This document shows, in pieces, positions 18,722 through 28,657 of a stretch of 56,497 bases of DNA. The position numbers and the translations under genes were made by a program. Each line of letters starts with the position of its first letter. Position 1 is the first letter of the stretch. The notes beneath the pieces are model-generated. The model saw only the letters and a list, made by a program, of their open reading frames with translations. It did no database searches and was not told where the DNA came from. Origin of the DNA: Candidatus Thorarchaeota archaeon (GTDB taxonomy: Archaea; Asgardarchaeota; Thorarchaeia; Thorarchaeales; Thorarchaeaceae); NCBI GenBank assembly GCA_048882965.1, contig JBHLRC010000003.1:1-56497 (forward strand), in the 5' to 3' direction.

Positions 18722-19783
18722 TCACAATTGCGCTTCAGGTAGTTCACCAGCAAAGTGACATGCTACAAAATGCCCCTCACCCATGTCACGGTCCTCAGGA
18801 ATTTCCCTCACGCAAATCTCTTGCGCATAGGGACATCTTGGATGAAACCTACAACCTGATGGAACGTTGATTGGGCTCGGAGGTTCACCTTTCAATGACT
18901 CCACTCTTCGCTTCACTGTTGGGTCTCCAGAGGGAACTGCTGAGATAAGTGCCCGAGTATATGGATGCATTGGATTGAATGCAACTTCATGGGCAGGGCC
19001 AATCTCCATGATTTTTCCTAAATACATGATTCCAATTCTGTCAGCAATATATGTTGCCACAGCAAGGTCGTGTGTGATGAAGAGGTATGTGAGTCCGAGC
19101 TCTTCTCTTAGGGTTAGTAGAAGGTTCAGAATCTCTGCACGAATTGAAACATCCAGCATCGATACAGGCTCATCTGCCACCATAAACTCCGGATGCAAAA
19201 TGAGTGCTCGTGCAACTGAAATCCTCTGTCTCTGTCCACCCGATAGCTCGTGCGGGTACCTGTCGATATAGTCTTCAGCTGGTGTAAGTGATACACTTTC
19301 TAAGGCTTCGAGCACTCGCTGACGTCTCTGACTGGGTGAGAGCGGAATCTTGTGAACCAATAATGGTTCTTCAACAATACTGAAGACGCTCTGTTTTGGG
19401 TTGAGTGATTCATATGGGTCTTGGAATGTAATCTGCATTCTTTTTCGCAGCTCTTTAATCTCGTTACGGTCGAGTGTTGCAAGATTCTGTCCTGCATAAA
19501 TCACATCACCATCAGTCGGGATCTCTAAATGGAGTACGCAACGTCCTGTCGTTGTCTTTCCGCACCCGCTTTCCCCTGCAAGTACGAGTACTTCTCCCTT
19601 GATAATATCGAACGAAGCTCCGTCTACAGCTTTCACATATAATTCCTGTCTGTAAAGCATTGATGATAGAAAGCCAGTGTTAACTGGGAACCATTTCCTC
19701 AGATTCCTGACAGCAATCAAGGTTTCACCGTCTTGAATATCTGAGGAGCCCTCGAGAAGTCTAGTCTGGTCTATTGTCATCAT
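18722..19783 (-). CDS. oppF: Oligopeptide/dipeptide ABC transporter ATP-binding subunit (OppF/AppF type)
   Basis: Walker [10 protein letters not shown], signature LSGGQRQR, ADEP, C-terminal GCRFHPRCP...VACH. Confidence 0.95.
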   Translation of the reverse strand: MMTIDQTRLLEGSSDIQDGETLIAVRNLRKWFPVNTGFLSSMLYRQELYVKAVDGASFDIIKGEVLVLAGESGCGKTTTGRCVLHLEIPTDGDVIYAGQNLATLDRNEIKELRKRMQITFQDPYESLNPKQSVFSIVEEPLLVHKIPLSPSQRRQRVLEALESVSLTPAEDYIDRYPHELSGGQRQRISVARALILHPEFMVADEPVSMLDVSIRAEILNLLLTLREELGLTYLFITHDLAVATYIADRIGIMYLGKIMEIGPAHEVAFNPMHPYTRALISAVPSGDPTVKRRVESLKGEPPSPINVPSGCRFHPRCPYAQEICVREIPEDRDMGEGHFVACHFAGELPEAQL

Positions 19784-19786
19784 TAA

Positions 19787-20776
19787 TCACTCCAAATCTA
19801 TCTCCATCTCGCCTTTGAGTTGCTCCGCAAAGTGGCAAGCTACAAACCTATCCGGTTCAATCTCATCAAAAGTTGGGTCCTCCTTTGAGCAGATGTCCTG
19901 TGCATATGGACATCTTGGGTGGAATCGGCATCCTGTTGGAGGTTCAATAAGGTCTGGTGGTGATCCCGGAATTGAGGTGAGTGTTTTCTTTTCTGCCTTT
20001 ATCATACTTGGAATTGCGCCTACTAGACCCGTGGCGTATGGGTGCACAGGATCCTTGAAGACAGATACTACATCTGCAAGCTCCGCAATTTTTCCAGCGT
20101 ACATGATTGCAGTTTTGTCACAAGTTTCAGCGATAACACTCAAGTCGTGTGTGATTAAAATGAGTGAAAGTCCCAAGTCTTTCTGTAGCTTCTGCATCAG
20201 CTTCAGAATCTGAGCTTGAATTGTGACATCCAGCGCCGTTGTTGGTTCGTCTGCAATCACCAAGTCTGGGTTGCAAGCAAGAGCCATGGCAATCATAGCT
20301 CTCTGTCTCATACCTCCTGAGAACTCGTGAGGGTAGTTATGAATACGACCGGGGTCAAGACCGACCATTTCAAAGAGCTTAGCGCAACGGTCTAGTGCTT
20401 CTTCCTCTGTCACGTTTTCGTGCATAAGGATAGCTTCAGCAATCTGTTCTCCTATCTCGAACACAGGATTCAATGCATTCATCGCACCTTGGAAGACAAT
20501 CGCTACATTCTTCCAACGAATATCCCGCATCTCCTTTGCGGTCTTACGAATAAGGTCATCACCTTTGAAGTAGACGTTTCCACCAACAATATTAGCTGCT
20601 GGAGGGAGGAGCTGCATTATCGAATATGCCAAGCTGCTTTTACCGCACCCTGACTCTCCTGCAAGTCCAATAGACTCTCCCGGCTCAAGTGTGAGAGAAA
20701 CGTCATCAACCGCTTTCACCAAACCTCTCTGTGTCTGGTAGTACATGCGTAAGTTCTTAATATCTAGCAGGGGCAT
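19787..20776 (-). CDS. oppD: Oligopeptide/dipeptide ABC transporter ATP-binding subunit (OppD/AppD type)
   Basis: [35 protein letters not shown]. Confidence 0.95.
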   Translation of the reverse strand: MPLLDIKNLRMYYQTQRGLVKAVDDVSLTLEPGESIGLAGESGCGKSSLAYSIMQLLPPAANIVGGNVYFKGDDLIRKTAKEMRDIRWKNVAIVFQGAMNALNPVFEIGEQIAEAILMHENVTEEEALDRCAKLFEMVGLDPGRIHNYPHEFSGGMRQRAMIAMALACNPDLVIADEPTTALDVTIQAQILKLMQKLQKDLGLSLILITHDLSVIAETCDKTAIMYAGKIAELADVVSVFKDPVHPYATGLVGAIPSMIKAEKKTLTSIPGSPPDLIEPPTGCRFHPRCPYAQDICSKEDPTFDEIEPDRFVACHFAEQLKGEMEIDLE

Positions 20777-20992
20777 GTTTGTACACTCCAATGAGCTGGT
20801 GTGACTCTGGGGGTGGAATCACCTCACCCTTGTGAGGTATCGTTCCCCTTTGGTTGGCTTAAATATGTTGCTTTCAAAGACATTCATCAGTGAATGCTAT
20901 GGTCATAATTAGTCACTATTGTGAAGTATGTATTTTCCATTGTGACCTCGCTCAATTAGAAAAGGTAAAAGGCATCAAATCGCCCTTGAGGT

Positions 20993-21331
20993 TTGCTGAT
21001 TTCGATGCCGGAGATACGATCTTTCCCAAGGACAAGAAATGAACCCCAAAAACGGATATTATTGATCCCAATCATCTTGGTTGTGGTAGGATATCTGATG
21101 CTGACTAAGTGGTGGATTTTTAGTTATGTTCCACTTCAGTTCTTTGGTGCAATACTATCTCTCACGGGTGTTCTTGTTATTTTTCTGGTTGGAATGGTCT
21201 TTGCCGACCTCTGGGCTGCACATCGACGTACTAAGGATATCATCAAAGAACGAGAAAAGAGAGGTTTGGAAACCGAGACTGAAGATGATGTTGTTGTAGA
21301 CCCCTTTGAGGAAACTTATGGTGATGAATAG
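20993..21331 (+). CDS. Small two-TM membrane protein with acidic tail
   Basis: Two hydrophobic helices followed by a charged C-terminus. Confidence 0.7.
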   Translation: MLISMPEIRSFPRTRNEPQKRILLIPIILVVVGYLMLTKWWIFSYVPLQFFGAILSLTGVLVIFLVGMVFADLWAAHRRTKDIIKEREKRGLETETEDDVVVDPFEETYGDE

Positions 21332-21485
21332 TCTTCAACTTGCACGCCCGAACTAATTTGGTCTACCCGAACCAATTCCTTTTTTAGGGAAATTCTTGGC
21401 TTTTCGTTATATTTAACGAGACAAGGGAATGACTCAGTTCCTTAGCTGACGGGAATGTTTCAGACCTTTGAATGGAGGATATAAT

Positions 21486-23078
21486 TTGTCCGAATCGCAT
21501 AAAGGTTGGAAAGATAGTAACTGGTATGTTAACATAACCAACTTTTGGAGAGAATATCGAAAACACAAGATTGGTCTCGTTGGACTAGGAATCATGTTCA
21601 TCTTCTTTGGAATGGCAATTTTTGCTCCATATTTAGCTACTCATGATCCAACACCTCAGGCCAAGGTGGCACCTACATATCTCGCACCTTCTTGGTTGTC
21701 CGTATTCGATCCCCATGGTGTTGTCACTGGCGAACTTCTCACGCATCCTGCTTTGGATGAAAAACCAATGCTAAGAGCAAATGGATCAAGTGGTGAGTTC
21801 AGCTCAGTATATGCACCAATAACCGAAACGAGTAATCAGAGTTATGTGAATCTAACATGGTCACATACGGCTAACACGACTTTAGATTTCTGGGGTGAGG
21901 ATCCCGAGGGTATACTCCCTGATTATGGTGATTTTGCATATTTCGAGGAGAACATTTCGTGGCCTTACAATAACAGACCAAGTGATGTCAATATGTCAAT
22001 CTCATATGCGACTCACCTGACTGGGGATTTTGCTGCAGGTGCTCAACCTTACAATAATCTCATGTATGAAATCTATGTCTGGCTGATTGACTCTGGTGGT
22101 CAATGGGTCCGAGTTTACGAATCCAGAGAGGCCACTTATACAAATCAGGTTCAAGAGAAACGTATCAGTCTAAACTACCTAAGCATCAAGGAAGTATTCG
22201 ATGGTATGATTGTGGTCAATGGAAGCCAAGAAGACCCTGGTAATTATGTCAGGTGTGTTGTTGGTCTTGCTCCGACTGAGAACTTCAATTACTATCACAA
22301 TTTCTTTGAAAACCTTACAGTTGAGGCTTGGAAGACCTACACTGGTTCTGTAACCTTCACAGTCACTAACCTGAAGATGATTGCATACGGTGAGTACTTC
22401 GGTCTAATGGGCACCACAAACTGGGGTGCTGATGCATATTCACAACTTATCTATGGTAGTAGAATCTCACTGATTATAGGGATACTAGCAACTGCTCTAT
22501 CCACTGCGGTTGGTGTGGTTGTTGGAATGGTGGCAGGTTACTTTGGTGGAAAGGTAGATGAAGTCCTGATGCGAATCGTGGACTTTCTATTGGTCATCCC
22601 CGGATTGCCATTGATGATGGTGCTTGCCGCGTTCTTAGGAGCGTCGATTGAAAACATCATCATCGTCATCGCGATATTAGGTTGGACAGGAACGTCGCGG
22701 TTGATTCGGTCTCAAGTCTTGGCAGAAAAGAACAAAGCCTATGTTGAATCAGCAAGGGCGATTGGTGCGTCTGATACCTATATCATGTTCCGCCACATAT
22801 TGCCTAATGTGACTCCGATACTCTTCGCGAATATCACACTGGGGGTCGTTGGTGCAATCCTTTCTGAAGCCGGTCTTTCATTCCTTGGCTTGACAGATCC
22901 TGAAGATCCAAGTTGGGGCCGTATGCTTGCTGATGCAAGAACAGGTGGAGCTTTCACAGTTGGCGCTTGGTGGGTAGTTCTATTCCCTGGGTTGATGATC
23001 ACTCTATTGTCGTTGTCCTTCACATTTGTCGGACATACATTAGACCAGGTTCTCAATCCACGTCTCAGAGAGAGGTAA
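21486..23078 (+). CDS. oppC: Peptide ABC transporter permease OppC/DppC with large extracytoplasmic insertion
   Basis: GTTNWGADAYSQLIYGSRISL, EAA-like YVESARAIGAS, LNPRLR; ~250-aa insert after TM1. TTG start at 21486 after GGAGG. Confidence 0.9.
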   Translation: MSESHKGWKDSNWYVNITNFWREYRKHKIGLVGLGIMFIFFGMAIFAPYLATHDPTPQAKVAPTYLAPSWLSVFDPHGVVTGELLTHPALDEKPMLRANGSSGEFSSVYAPITETSNQSYVNLTWSHTANTTLDFWGEDPEGILPDYGDFAYFEENISWPYNNRPSDVNMSISYATHLTGDFAAGAQPYNNLMYEIYVWLIDSGGQWVRVYESREATYTNQVQEKRISLNYLSIKEVFDGMIVVNGSQEDPGNYVRCVVGLAPTENFNYYHNFFENLTVEAWKTYTGSVTFTVTNLKMIAYGEYFGLMGTTNWGADAYSQLIYGSRISLIIGILATALSTAVGVVVGMVAGYFGGKVDEVLMRIVDFLLVIPGLPLMMVLAAFLGASIENIIIVIAILGWTGTSRLIRSQVLAEKNKAYVESARAIGASDTYIMFRHILPNVTPILFANITLGVVGAILSEAGLSFLGLTDPEDPSWGRMLADARTGGAFTVGAWWVVLFPGLMITLLSLSFTFVGHTLDQVLNPRLRER

Positions 23079-23083
23079 CATCC

Positions 23084-23124
23084 TAGGAGAATGGGGGTCT
23101 CTCAGACCTCCTCCTCCTATTTTT
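23084..23124 (+). terminator. Hairpin plus T-tract after oppC
   Basis: TAGGAG..GGGGGTCT / AGACCTCC..CTCCTA followed by TTTTT. Confidence 0.55.
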
Positions 23125-23150
23125 GCTCCAAAGTTTCACACGTTGGCCTA

Positions 23151-23216
23151 GAGCATTACTTTTATTAAGCAGATGTCCAAGATTTCTCACATCAGTACTT
23201 AGCGACACTAGGTACT
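23151..23216 (+). promoter_or_regulatory. Promoter (TTTTATTA) plus 23-bp palindrome upstream of oppB copy 1
   Basis: GAGCATTACTTTTATTA (23151-23167) and AGTACTTAGCGACACTAGGTACT (23194-23216); both recur before copy 2. Confidence 0.65.
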
Positions 23217-23241
23217 ATATACTCTCCGGAGAGAATTTACT

Positions 23242-24303
23242 ATGGGCCTAAGAGAATATGTGATACGACGCAGCATCTACATGATTCTTCTAATAATATC
23301 TGTAGTATGTTTCAACTTCTTTCTATTCCGTTTACCGACCTTTGTCTTTGGTGCGAGTCCAATCAGTCTGATGCTAAGCGACGAGCTTCGTCGTAACCTG
23401 ACCCAAGACATATTAGAGCAAATGTATGCCAACTTTGGCCTTGTTCCGAATCCAGATATCTTCGACTGGATCTACATGTTCTGGAGATATCTAGTGAGTA
23501 TGTTCACTGGGAACTTCGGTGTGTCCTTCTTGACACAGCGTCCAGTGATTGACTCAATTGTAGAACGTCTACCTAACACACTCTTTCTCATGGGAACTTC
23601 ATCAATGGTAGCTATTCTTCTAGGTATCTGGATGGGTGTGAAAGTGGCTGCGCAACCAGGGTCTAGGAAAGATGTTGGGGCAGTATCGGTGGCGCTGTTC
23701 ATATACGCATTGCCTATTTTTTGGTTGGGAATGATGCTTCTGTTAGTTTTTGGATTCATGTTGCCAGAATGGACGGAGGCAGTTTGGGGGATACGTATTG
23801 GTTTCCCGCAATTTGGCACCATAAGTTATGATGTATGGGAGGTGGCACGAACCAGTCCGTTTGGTGCACTCATGGTTGCTGCAGATCTCCTACACCATCT
23901 TTTCCTACCTATGATCACGCTTGGTGTTGGTGGCTATGGTGGTTATTTCTTGTATATGCGGAACAACCTCATTGACGTCATGACGGAGGACTACATTCTT
24001 ACTGCTCGAGCCAAAGGTCTTGATGAGAATCAGGTTCTTTACAAGCATGGTCTGAAGAATGCAATGCTACCAATGGTCACAATCATCGCGATGACTTTCG
24101 GATTCCTCATAGATGGCGCAACATTGACTGAAACAGTGTTCACGTGGCGAGGAATGGGACGATTCATCTTTGAAAGTTTGCTGCTATTTGACTACCCTGT
24201 CATACAAGCCATCTTTCTAATCATTGCTATAACTGCAGTGCTTGCGAACTTTGTTGCAGACTTACTTTATGGTGTTTTGGATCCTCGGATCAAATACGGA
24301 TAG
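23242..24303 (+). CDS. oppB: Peptide ABC transporter permease OppB/DppB, copy 1
   Basis: ERLPNTL, EDYILTARAKGL, KHGLKNA, LDPRI motifs. Confidence 0.95.
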   Translation: MGLREYVIRRSIYMILLIISVVCFNFFLFRLPTFVFGASPISLMLSDELRRNLTQDILEQMYANFGLVPNPDIFDWIYMFWRYLVSMFTGNFGVSFLTQRPVIDSIVERLPNTLFLMGTSSMVAILLGIWMGVKVAAQPGSRKDVGAVSVALFIYALPIFWLGMMLLLVFGFMLPEWTEAVWGIRIGFPQFGTISYDVWEVARTSPFGALMVAADLLHHLFLPMITLGVGGYGGYFLYMRNNLIDVMTEDYILTARAKGLDENQVLYKHGLKNAMLPMVTIIAMTFGFLIDGATLTETVFTWRGMGRFIFESLLLFDYPVIQAIFLIIAITAVLANFVADLLYGVLDPRIKYG

Positions 24304-24357
24304 CAGTTCAGAGGGGCTTTTTGCCCCACTTTCCCATTTCATCACTCAGTCAGCCTT

Positions 24358-24425
24358 GAGCATTACTTTTATTAGGTTGATATCCATGGTACTTACCATC
24401 AAAGTACTTAGTGTCACTAGGTACT
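24358..24425 (+). promoter_or_regulatory. Promoter plus 23-bp palindrome upstream of oppB copy 2
   Basis: GAGCATTACTTTTATTA (24358-24374) and AGTACTTAGTGTCACTAGGTACT (24403-24425). Confidence 0.65.
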
Positions 24426-24449
24426 GTATGATTCGGAGTGAGTCTGATA

Positions 24450-25511
24450 ATGGGACTTCGAGAATACATAATCCGAAGAAGCATCTACATGATTCTTCTA
24501 ATAGTAGCTGTAGTATGTTTCAACTTCTTCCTGTTCAGACTACCCACATTCATTTTTGGCGCGAGTCCAATTAGCTTGATGCTAAGCGACGAGCTTCGTC
24601 GTAACTTGACCCAGGACATATTAGAACAAATGTATGCTAACTTTGGACTTGTTCCGAATCCAGATATCTTCGACTGGATTTACATGTTCTGGAGATATCT
24701 GGTGAGTATGTTCACTGGGAACTTCGGTGTGTCTTTTCTGACACAGAGACCAGTGATGGACTCCATTGTTGAGAGGCTGCCCAATACACTTCTACTTATG
24801 GGGACTTCATCAATGGTAGCTATTCTACTAGGTATCTGGACTGGTGTAAAGGTGGCTGCAGATCCAGGATCTAGAAAGGATGTCGGGGCGGTCACGGTTG
24901 CGTTGTTCATATATGCGTTACCTGTATTCTGGCTGGGAATGATGCTTCTGCTTGTCTTTGGATTCATGTTACCGGAATGGACTGATGCAATATGGGGTGT
25001 TCGAATAGGATTTCCGCAGTTTGGCACCATAAGCTATGATGTATGGGAAGCCGCAAGAAATAATCCGTTTGGTGCAATCCTGGTTGCTGGAGATGTCTTA
25101 CATCACCTATTCTTACCAATGCTCACACTGGGTATTGGTGGCTATGGTGGTTATTTCTTGTATATGCGGAACAACCTCATAGATGTCATGACGGAGGACT
25201 ATATCCTCACAGCTCGTGCCAAAGGTCTTGATGAGAATCAGGTTCTTTACAAGCATGGTCTGAAGAATGCAATGCTACCAATGGTCACCATCATCGCGAT
25301 GACCTTTGGATTCCTAATTAATGGAGCAACATTGACTGAAACGGTATTCACGTGGCGGGGTCTTGGGCGGTTTATCTTTGATAGTTTACTGCTATTTGAC
25401 TACCCTGTCATTCAAGCCATCTTCATGATCATTGCTATTACAGCTGTACTTGCGAATTTTGTGGCTGATCTCCTTTATGGCGTCTTAGACCCACGAATCA
25501 AGTACGGATAA
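24450..25511 (+). CDS. oppB: Peptide ABC transporter permease OppB/DppB, copy 2 (tandem duplicate)
   Basis: Same length as copy 1 from MGLREY; about 26 substitutions in 353 aa by manual comparison. Confidence 0.95.
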   Translation: MGLREYIIRRSIYMILLIVAVVCFNFFLFRLPTFIFGASPISLMLSDELRRNLTQDILEQMYANFGLVPNPDIFDWIYMFWRYLVSMFTGNFGVSFLTQRPVMDSIVERLPNTLLLMGTSSMVAILLGIWTGVKVAADPGSRKDVGAVTVALFIYALPVFWLGMMLLLVFGFMLPEWTDAIWGVRIGFPQFGTISYDVWEAARNNPFGAILVAGDVLHHLFLPMLTLGIGGYGGYFLYMRNNLIDVMTEDYILTARAKGLDENQVLYKHGLKNAMLPMVTIIAMTFGFLINGATLTETVFTWRGLGRFIFDSLLLFDYPVIQAIFMIIAITAVLANFVADLLYGVLDPRIKYG

Positions 25512-25718
25512 TCTTCTTGTCAGAGGGGAATTTTTACTTCTCCTCTTTCTCTTTCTTTAAAATTTAGTAATCGCTTCTTTCTTGAGACAGCTGTCTCATC
25601 AATTTCATGTATTGTATCATAGTACACAACGGTTACACCATACAAAACGCTTTTATTAGCCTCCAATAAACGAACTTTATCCGAATTCGACTCGGAACGG
25701 AAAGGAGATAGAGAGAAC

Positions 25719-27569
25719 ATGCTTACTGATCGTCAGAAAAGATTGGTTGCTATCTCATTTGCCACAATTTTTCTATTTATGGCGGTTTCACCTGCAATAT
25801 CTAATGCAGTTGATGTACCAGCCCAACTGAATGTTGGGCCATATATAGACAAAGTGGTCTATAAGGTCATAGCAAACCAAGATCAGAGGATTCTCGCACT
25901 CCAAGCCGGTGAGATAGAAATGGACAATAGTTTCTTTGATCCAGTTCATCTCCCAACTTTGGATGCAGATCCTGACATATCCATCTTCAGTGCTCTCAGG
26001 AACGGATATGGTCACATTACTATTAACTGTGGCAAATATCCACTGAACATCAGTGCTTTCAGAAGAGCCTTTGCTTTTGCTTTTGACAAGACAGCAGTCA
26101 CGTCAGAGATTATGGACGGCTTTTCACAGGAGCAGGACTCAATTGTCCCGTATCCAAACAGCTGGTGTATTGAAGATGACATGCCATACCACTACTACAC
26201 AGCACAGGTTGCCACTGGAAATGCAATCCTTGATGCTGCAGGCTTCACAGTTGATGCAGGTACCGGTTTCAGGCTTGCTCCTGACGGCTCACCCTTCAGT
26301 GTTTCAATTGAATATGCCTCATCATCACCAGAGATTGCAGGTGGAACAGCTCAGATTGGTGTAGATGCCCTCAGGGCTCTCCACGTTGATGCTCAGACTC
26401 AAGCTGCAGAATTCAACGAGTATATCTCAAGGCTTGACAGCCACGGAGATTACGACATGGTCTTCTACGCTTACAACTTTGGAAGTGACGACGTAGACTG
26501 GCTTGCTCGCTGGTTCTGGAGCGAATACGCTGATGTTCCATACCAGAATCCCTGGAACTTCAGAAACGCAACCTTCGACAGCTGGAGAGACCAGCTCCTC
26601 TATGGAACAACCTATGAGGAAGTCTACGAGGCTGCCGCACAGATGCAGTTGATTCTGCAATACAACGTGCCAATGCTTATTGTGTACGAGAACACCTACA
26701 TGCAAGGTTACAGAAACGACCAGTACACTGGTCACGTGCCTGACCTTGGTAGCTACATCACCGGTCCATGGACCTTCAGGAAGATCCACAAGATTGATGG
26801 TACCCCAGGTGGAACTGTCCCAATTGCTATTAGCCAGGAACCAGACAGCTTCAACATCTTTGTTACCAACTCTGCTTACTCGATCGCTATTCTTGAAGAG
26901 CTATACCCATCACTGTACCAATTCGCACCTGATCTGACAGCATATCCGAACTTGGCTGAAACGATGACTGTCGAGACCCATGCTGATAACGCAGCGGTTC
27001 CCGAGGGTCACACTCGATTCACCGTGGATATCATTCAGAATGCGACTTGGACTGACGGTGTGCAGCTGACTGCTGAGGACGTAGCATTCACATACACCTA
27101 TGCGTTTGAGAGCGGTACCTACGGTAACCCCGCATCCGCAGATCTTGGTGACCTTGTGGCTGCCTACGCTCCGACACCATACAGAGCTATCATTGAGTTC
27201 GGTACTGAATCATGGTGGCACTTCTCTAACTTTGCGTACGACTGGATCATACCCAAGCACATCTTCAATGATGTCGACGGTATTGGCTACCAGGGATGGA
27301 ACACTTGGAATCCAATGTTCGATCCTGCAGAGCCAAACGTTAACTGTGGTCCATTCAAGCTCACTGACTACGATCCTGGTGAGTTCTATGAGATCTCAGC
27401 TAACCCTGACTTCCATTACTTCCCAGAGGTCACATCAACCGGTCCTACTGGTCCTACTACAACTGAACCAACTGGTGGATTCAATGCTACACTAGCAATT
27501 GTCGCCGGTGCAGTTGGTGCTGCAGTAGTCATTCTAGTCGGTGGTTTCGTACTGCTTAGACAGAAGTAG
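25719..27569 (+). CDS. oppA: Family-5 peptide-binding protein (OppA/DppA), circularly permuted, with signal peptide, Thr-rich linker and C-terminal TM anchor
   Basis: Mature part starts GPYIDKVVYKVI...ALQAGEIEM. GGTVPIAISQEPDSFN...PNLAE...WTDGVQLTAEDVAFTY...GPF occurs in the second half. Confidence 0.9.
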   Translation: MLTDRQKRLVAISFATIFLFMAVSPAISNAVDVPAQLNVGPYIDKVVYKVIANQDQRILALQAGEIEMDNSFFDPVHLPTLDADPDISIFSALRNGYGHITINCGKYPLNISAFRRAFAFAFDKTAVTSEIMDGFSQEQDSIVPYPNSWCIEDDMPYHYYTAQVATGNAILDAAGFTVDAGTGFRLAPDGSPFSVSIEYASSSPEIAGGTAQIGVDALRALHVDAQTQAAEFNEYISRLDSHGDYDMVFYAYNFGSDDVDWLARWFWSEYADVPYQNPWNFRNATFDSWRDQLLYGTTYEEVYEAAAQMQLILQYNVPMLIVYENTYMQGYRNDQYTGHVPDLGSYITGPWTFRKIHKIDGTPGGTVPIAISQEPDSFNIFVTNSAYSIAILEELYPSLYQFAPDLTAYPNLAETMTVETHADNAAVPEGHTRFTVDIIQNATWTDGVQLTAEDVAFTYTYAFESGTYGNPASADLGDLVAAYAPTPYRAIIEFGTESWWHFSNFAYDWIIPKHIFNDVDGIGYQGWNTWNPMFDPAEPNVNCGPFKLTDYDPGEFYEISANPDFHYFPEVTSTGPTGPTTTEPTGGFNATLAIVAGAVGAAVVILVGGFVLLRQK

Positions 27570-27582
27570 TTTAGCAACTATT

Positions 27583-27616
27583 AGGGGACTAATGTCCCCT
27601 TTCCCCTTTATTTTTC
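27583..27616 (+). terminator. Hairpin plus T-tract after oppA
   Basis: AGGGGAC-TAAT-GTCCCCT followed by TTCCCCTTTATTTTTT. Confidence 0.65.
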
Positions 27617-27724
27617 TAAATCTCATTCCTTGAAGAGACTGGAAGGGCTCTTGAATCTTCAAAGATTGCGCGAAAGATAGTCCCTTTAATACAAATTACA
27701 ACCAGAATTCCATGGGTTACGCAA

Positions 27725-28588
27725 ATGAGAATCGATAGAAAACGACTAACAGCGATTGTACTTTCAGCAATTCCATTCCTCCTTGGAGGTGGGCTTGCAT
27801 GGTTGATACTAACTTCTGATGTGTTTGGTGAAATCGTGAGTGCAAGTTCACAATACTACTCCCTCTTGGATATTGCAATCCAGACTTTGATATCGACCGG
27901 TCTGGGAACTATAGTAGTACTCTCGCTTTTTTATACAATTCAAAAGAGCGGACCAGGTGCGCGGAGAACTCTTGTAGCACTAGTTGTATCACCTATTCTC
28001 ACAGTTTCGTTCTTTGTTGTCGGTCAATCGTTGGTTTTCATCCTCTTCAAGGGAGCTAATGCAATTGCGAGTATATTGGCTTTTGTGACCTTGGGTGTGC
28101 TATTGATGTCTTTTGTCTTTATTATGATGGACTCAGTACCAGGTTATCTGCGTAACTTTTTCGTAGCTTTCTATGGGAGTGTTTTTGGAACATTTCTAGG
28201 TGTCATATCATTAACACCAAGTATGATTGTATTGGTCGTTTCGGTCGTTTTGGAAGACTATTTTCTGACCCGATACTCTCCAACAACAGAAAAGATACTC
28301 TTGGTTGATACACCAGGAGCTGATCCATTTGACTATACCAGGATTCAAACACACACGACCACTGTTGGCGTTGGTGATTATATTGCGTTCTCTTTAATTT
28401 CTGCACATTCTTTGTTGTACTTTCCAATATATGTCTGGGTGATGTCAATACTTCTTGCAGGTCTAGGGATAATAATCAACTTAACAATTATAGCTCGAGA
28501 TAATGAGATAATATCTGGAATTCCGCTTCCTGCGCTACTTGCATTGTTTCCATGGATAGTTCATCTGGTGACATTATCATTAGTTTGA
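27725..28588 (+). CDS. Presenilin/SPP-like GxGD intramembrane aspartyl protease homologue
   Basis: Multi-TM; VLEDYF (YD-equivalent), VGVGDYIAFS (GxGD) and IPLPAL (PAL) in canonical order. Confidence 0.75.
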   Translation: MRIDRKRLTAIVLSAIPFLLGGGLAWLILTSDVFGEIVSASSQYYSLLDIAIQTLISTGLGTIVVLSLFYTIQKSGPGARRTLVALVVSPILTVSFFVVGQSLVFILFKGANAIASILAFVTLGVLLMSFVFIMMDSVPGYLRNFFVAFYGSVFGTFLGVISLTPSMIVLVVSVVLEDYFLTRYSPTTEKILLVDTPGADPFDYTRIQTHTTTVGVGDYIAFSLISAHSLLYFPIYVWVMSILLAGLGIIINLTIIARDNEIISGIPLPALLALFPWIVHLVTLSLV

Positions 28589-28657
28589 TGACTAAAGGCA
28601 AAACTGCGTGGAGCAAAAGGGACATATTGACAATTTAGAGATTTCAGGTTGTGAGAT

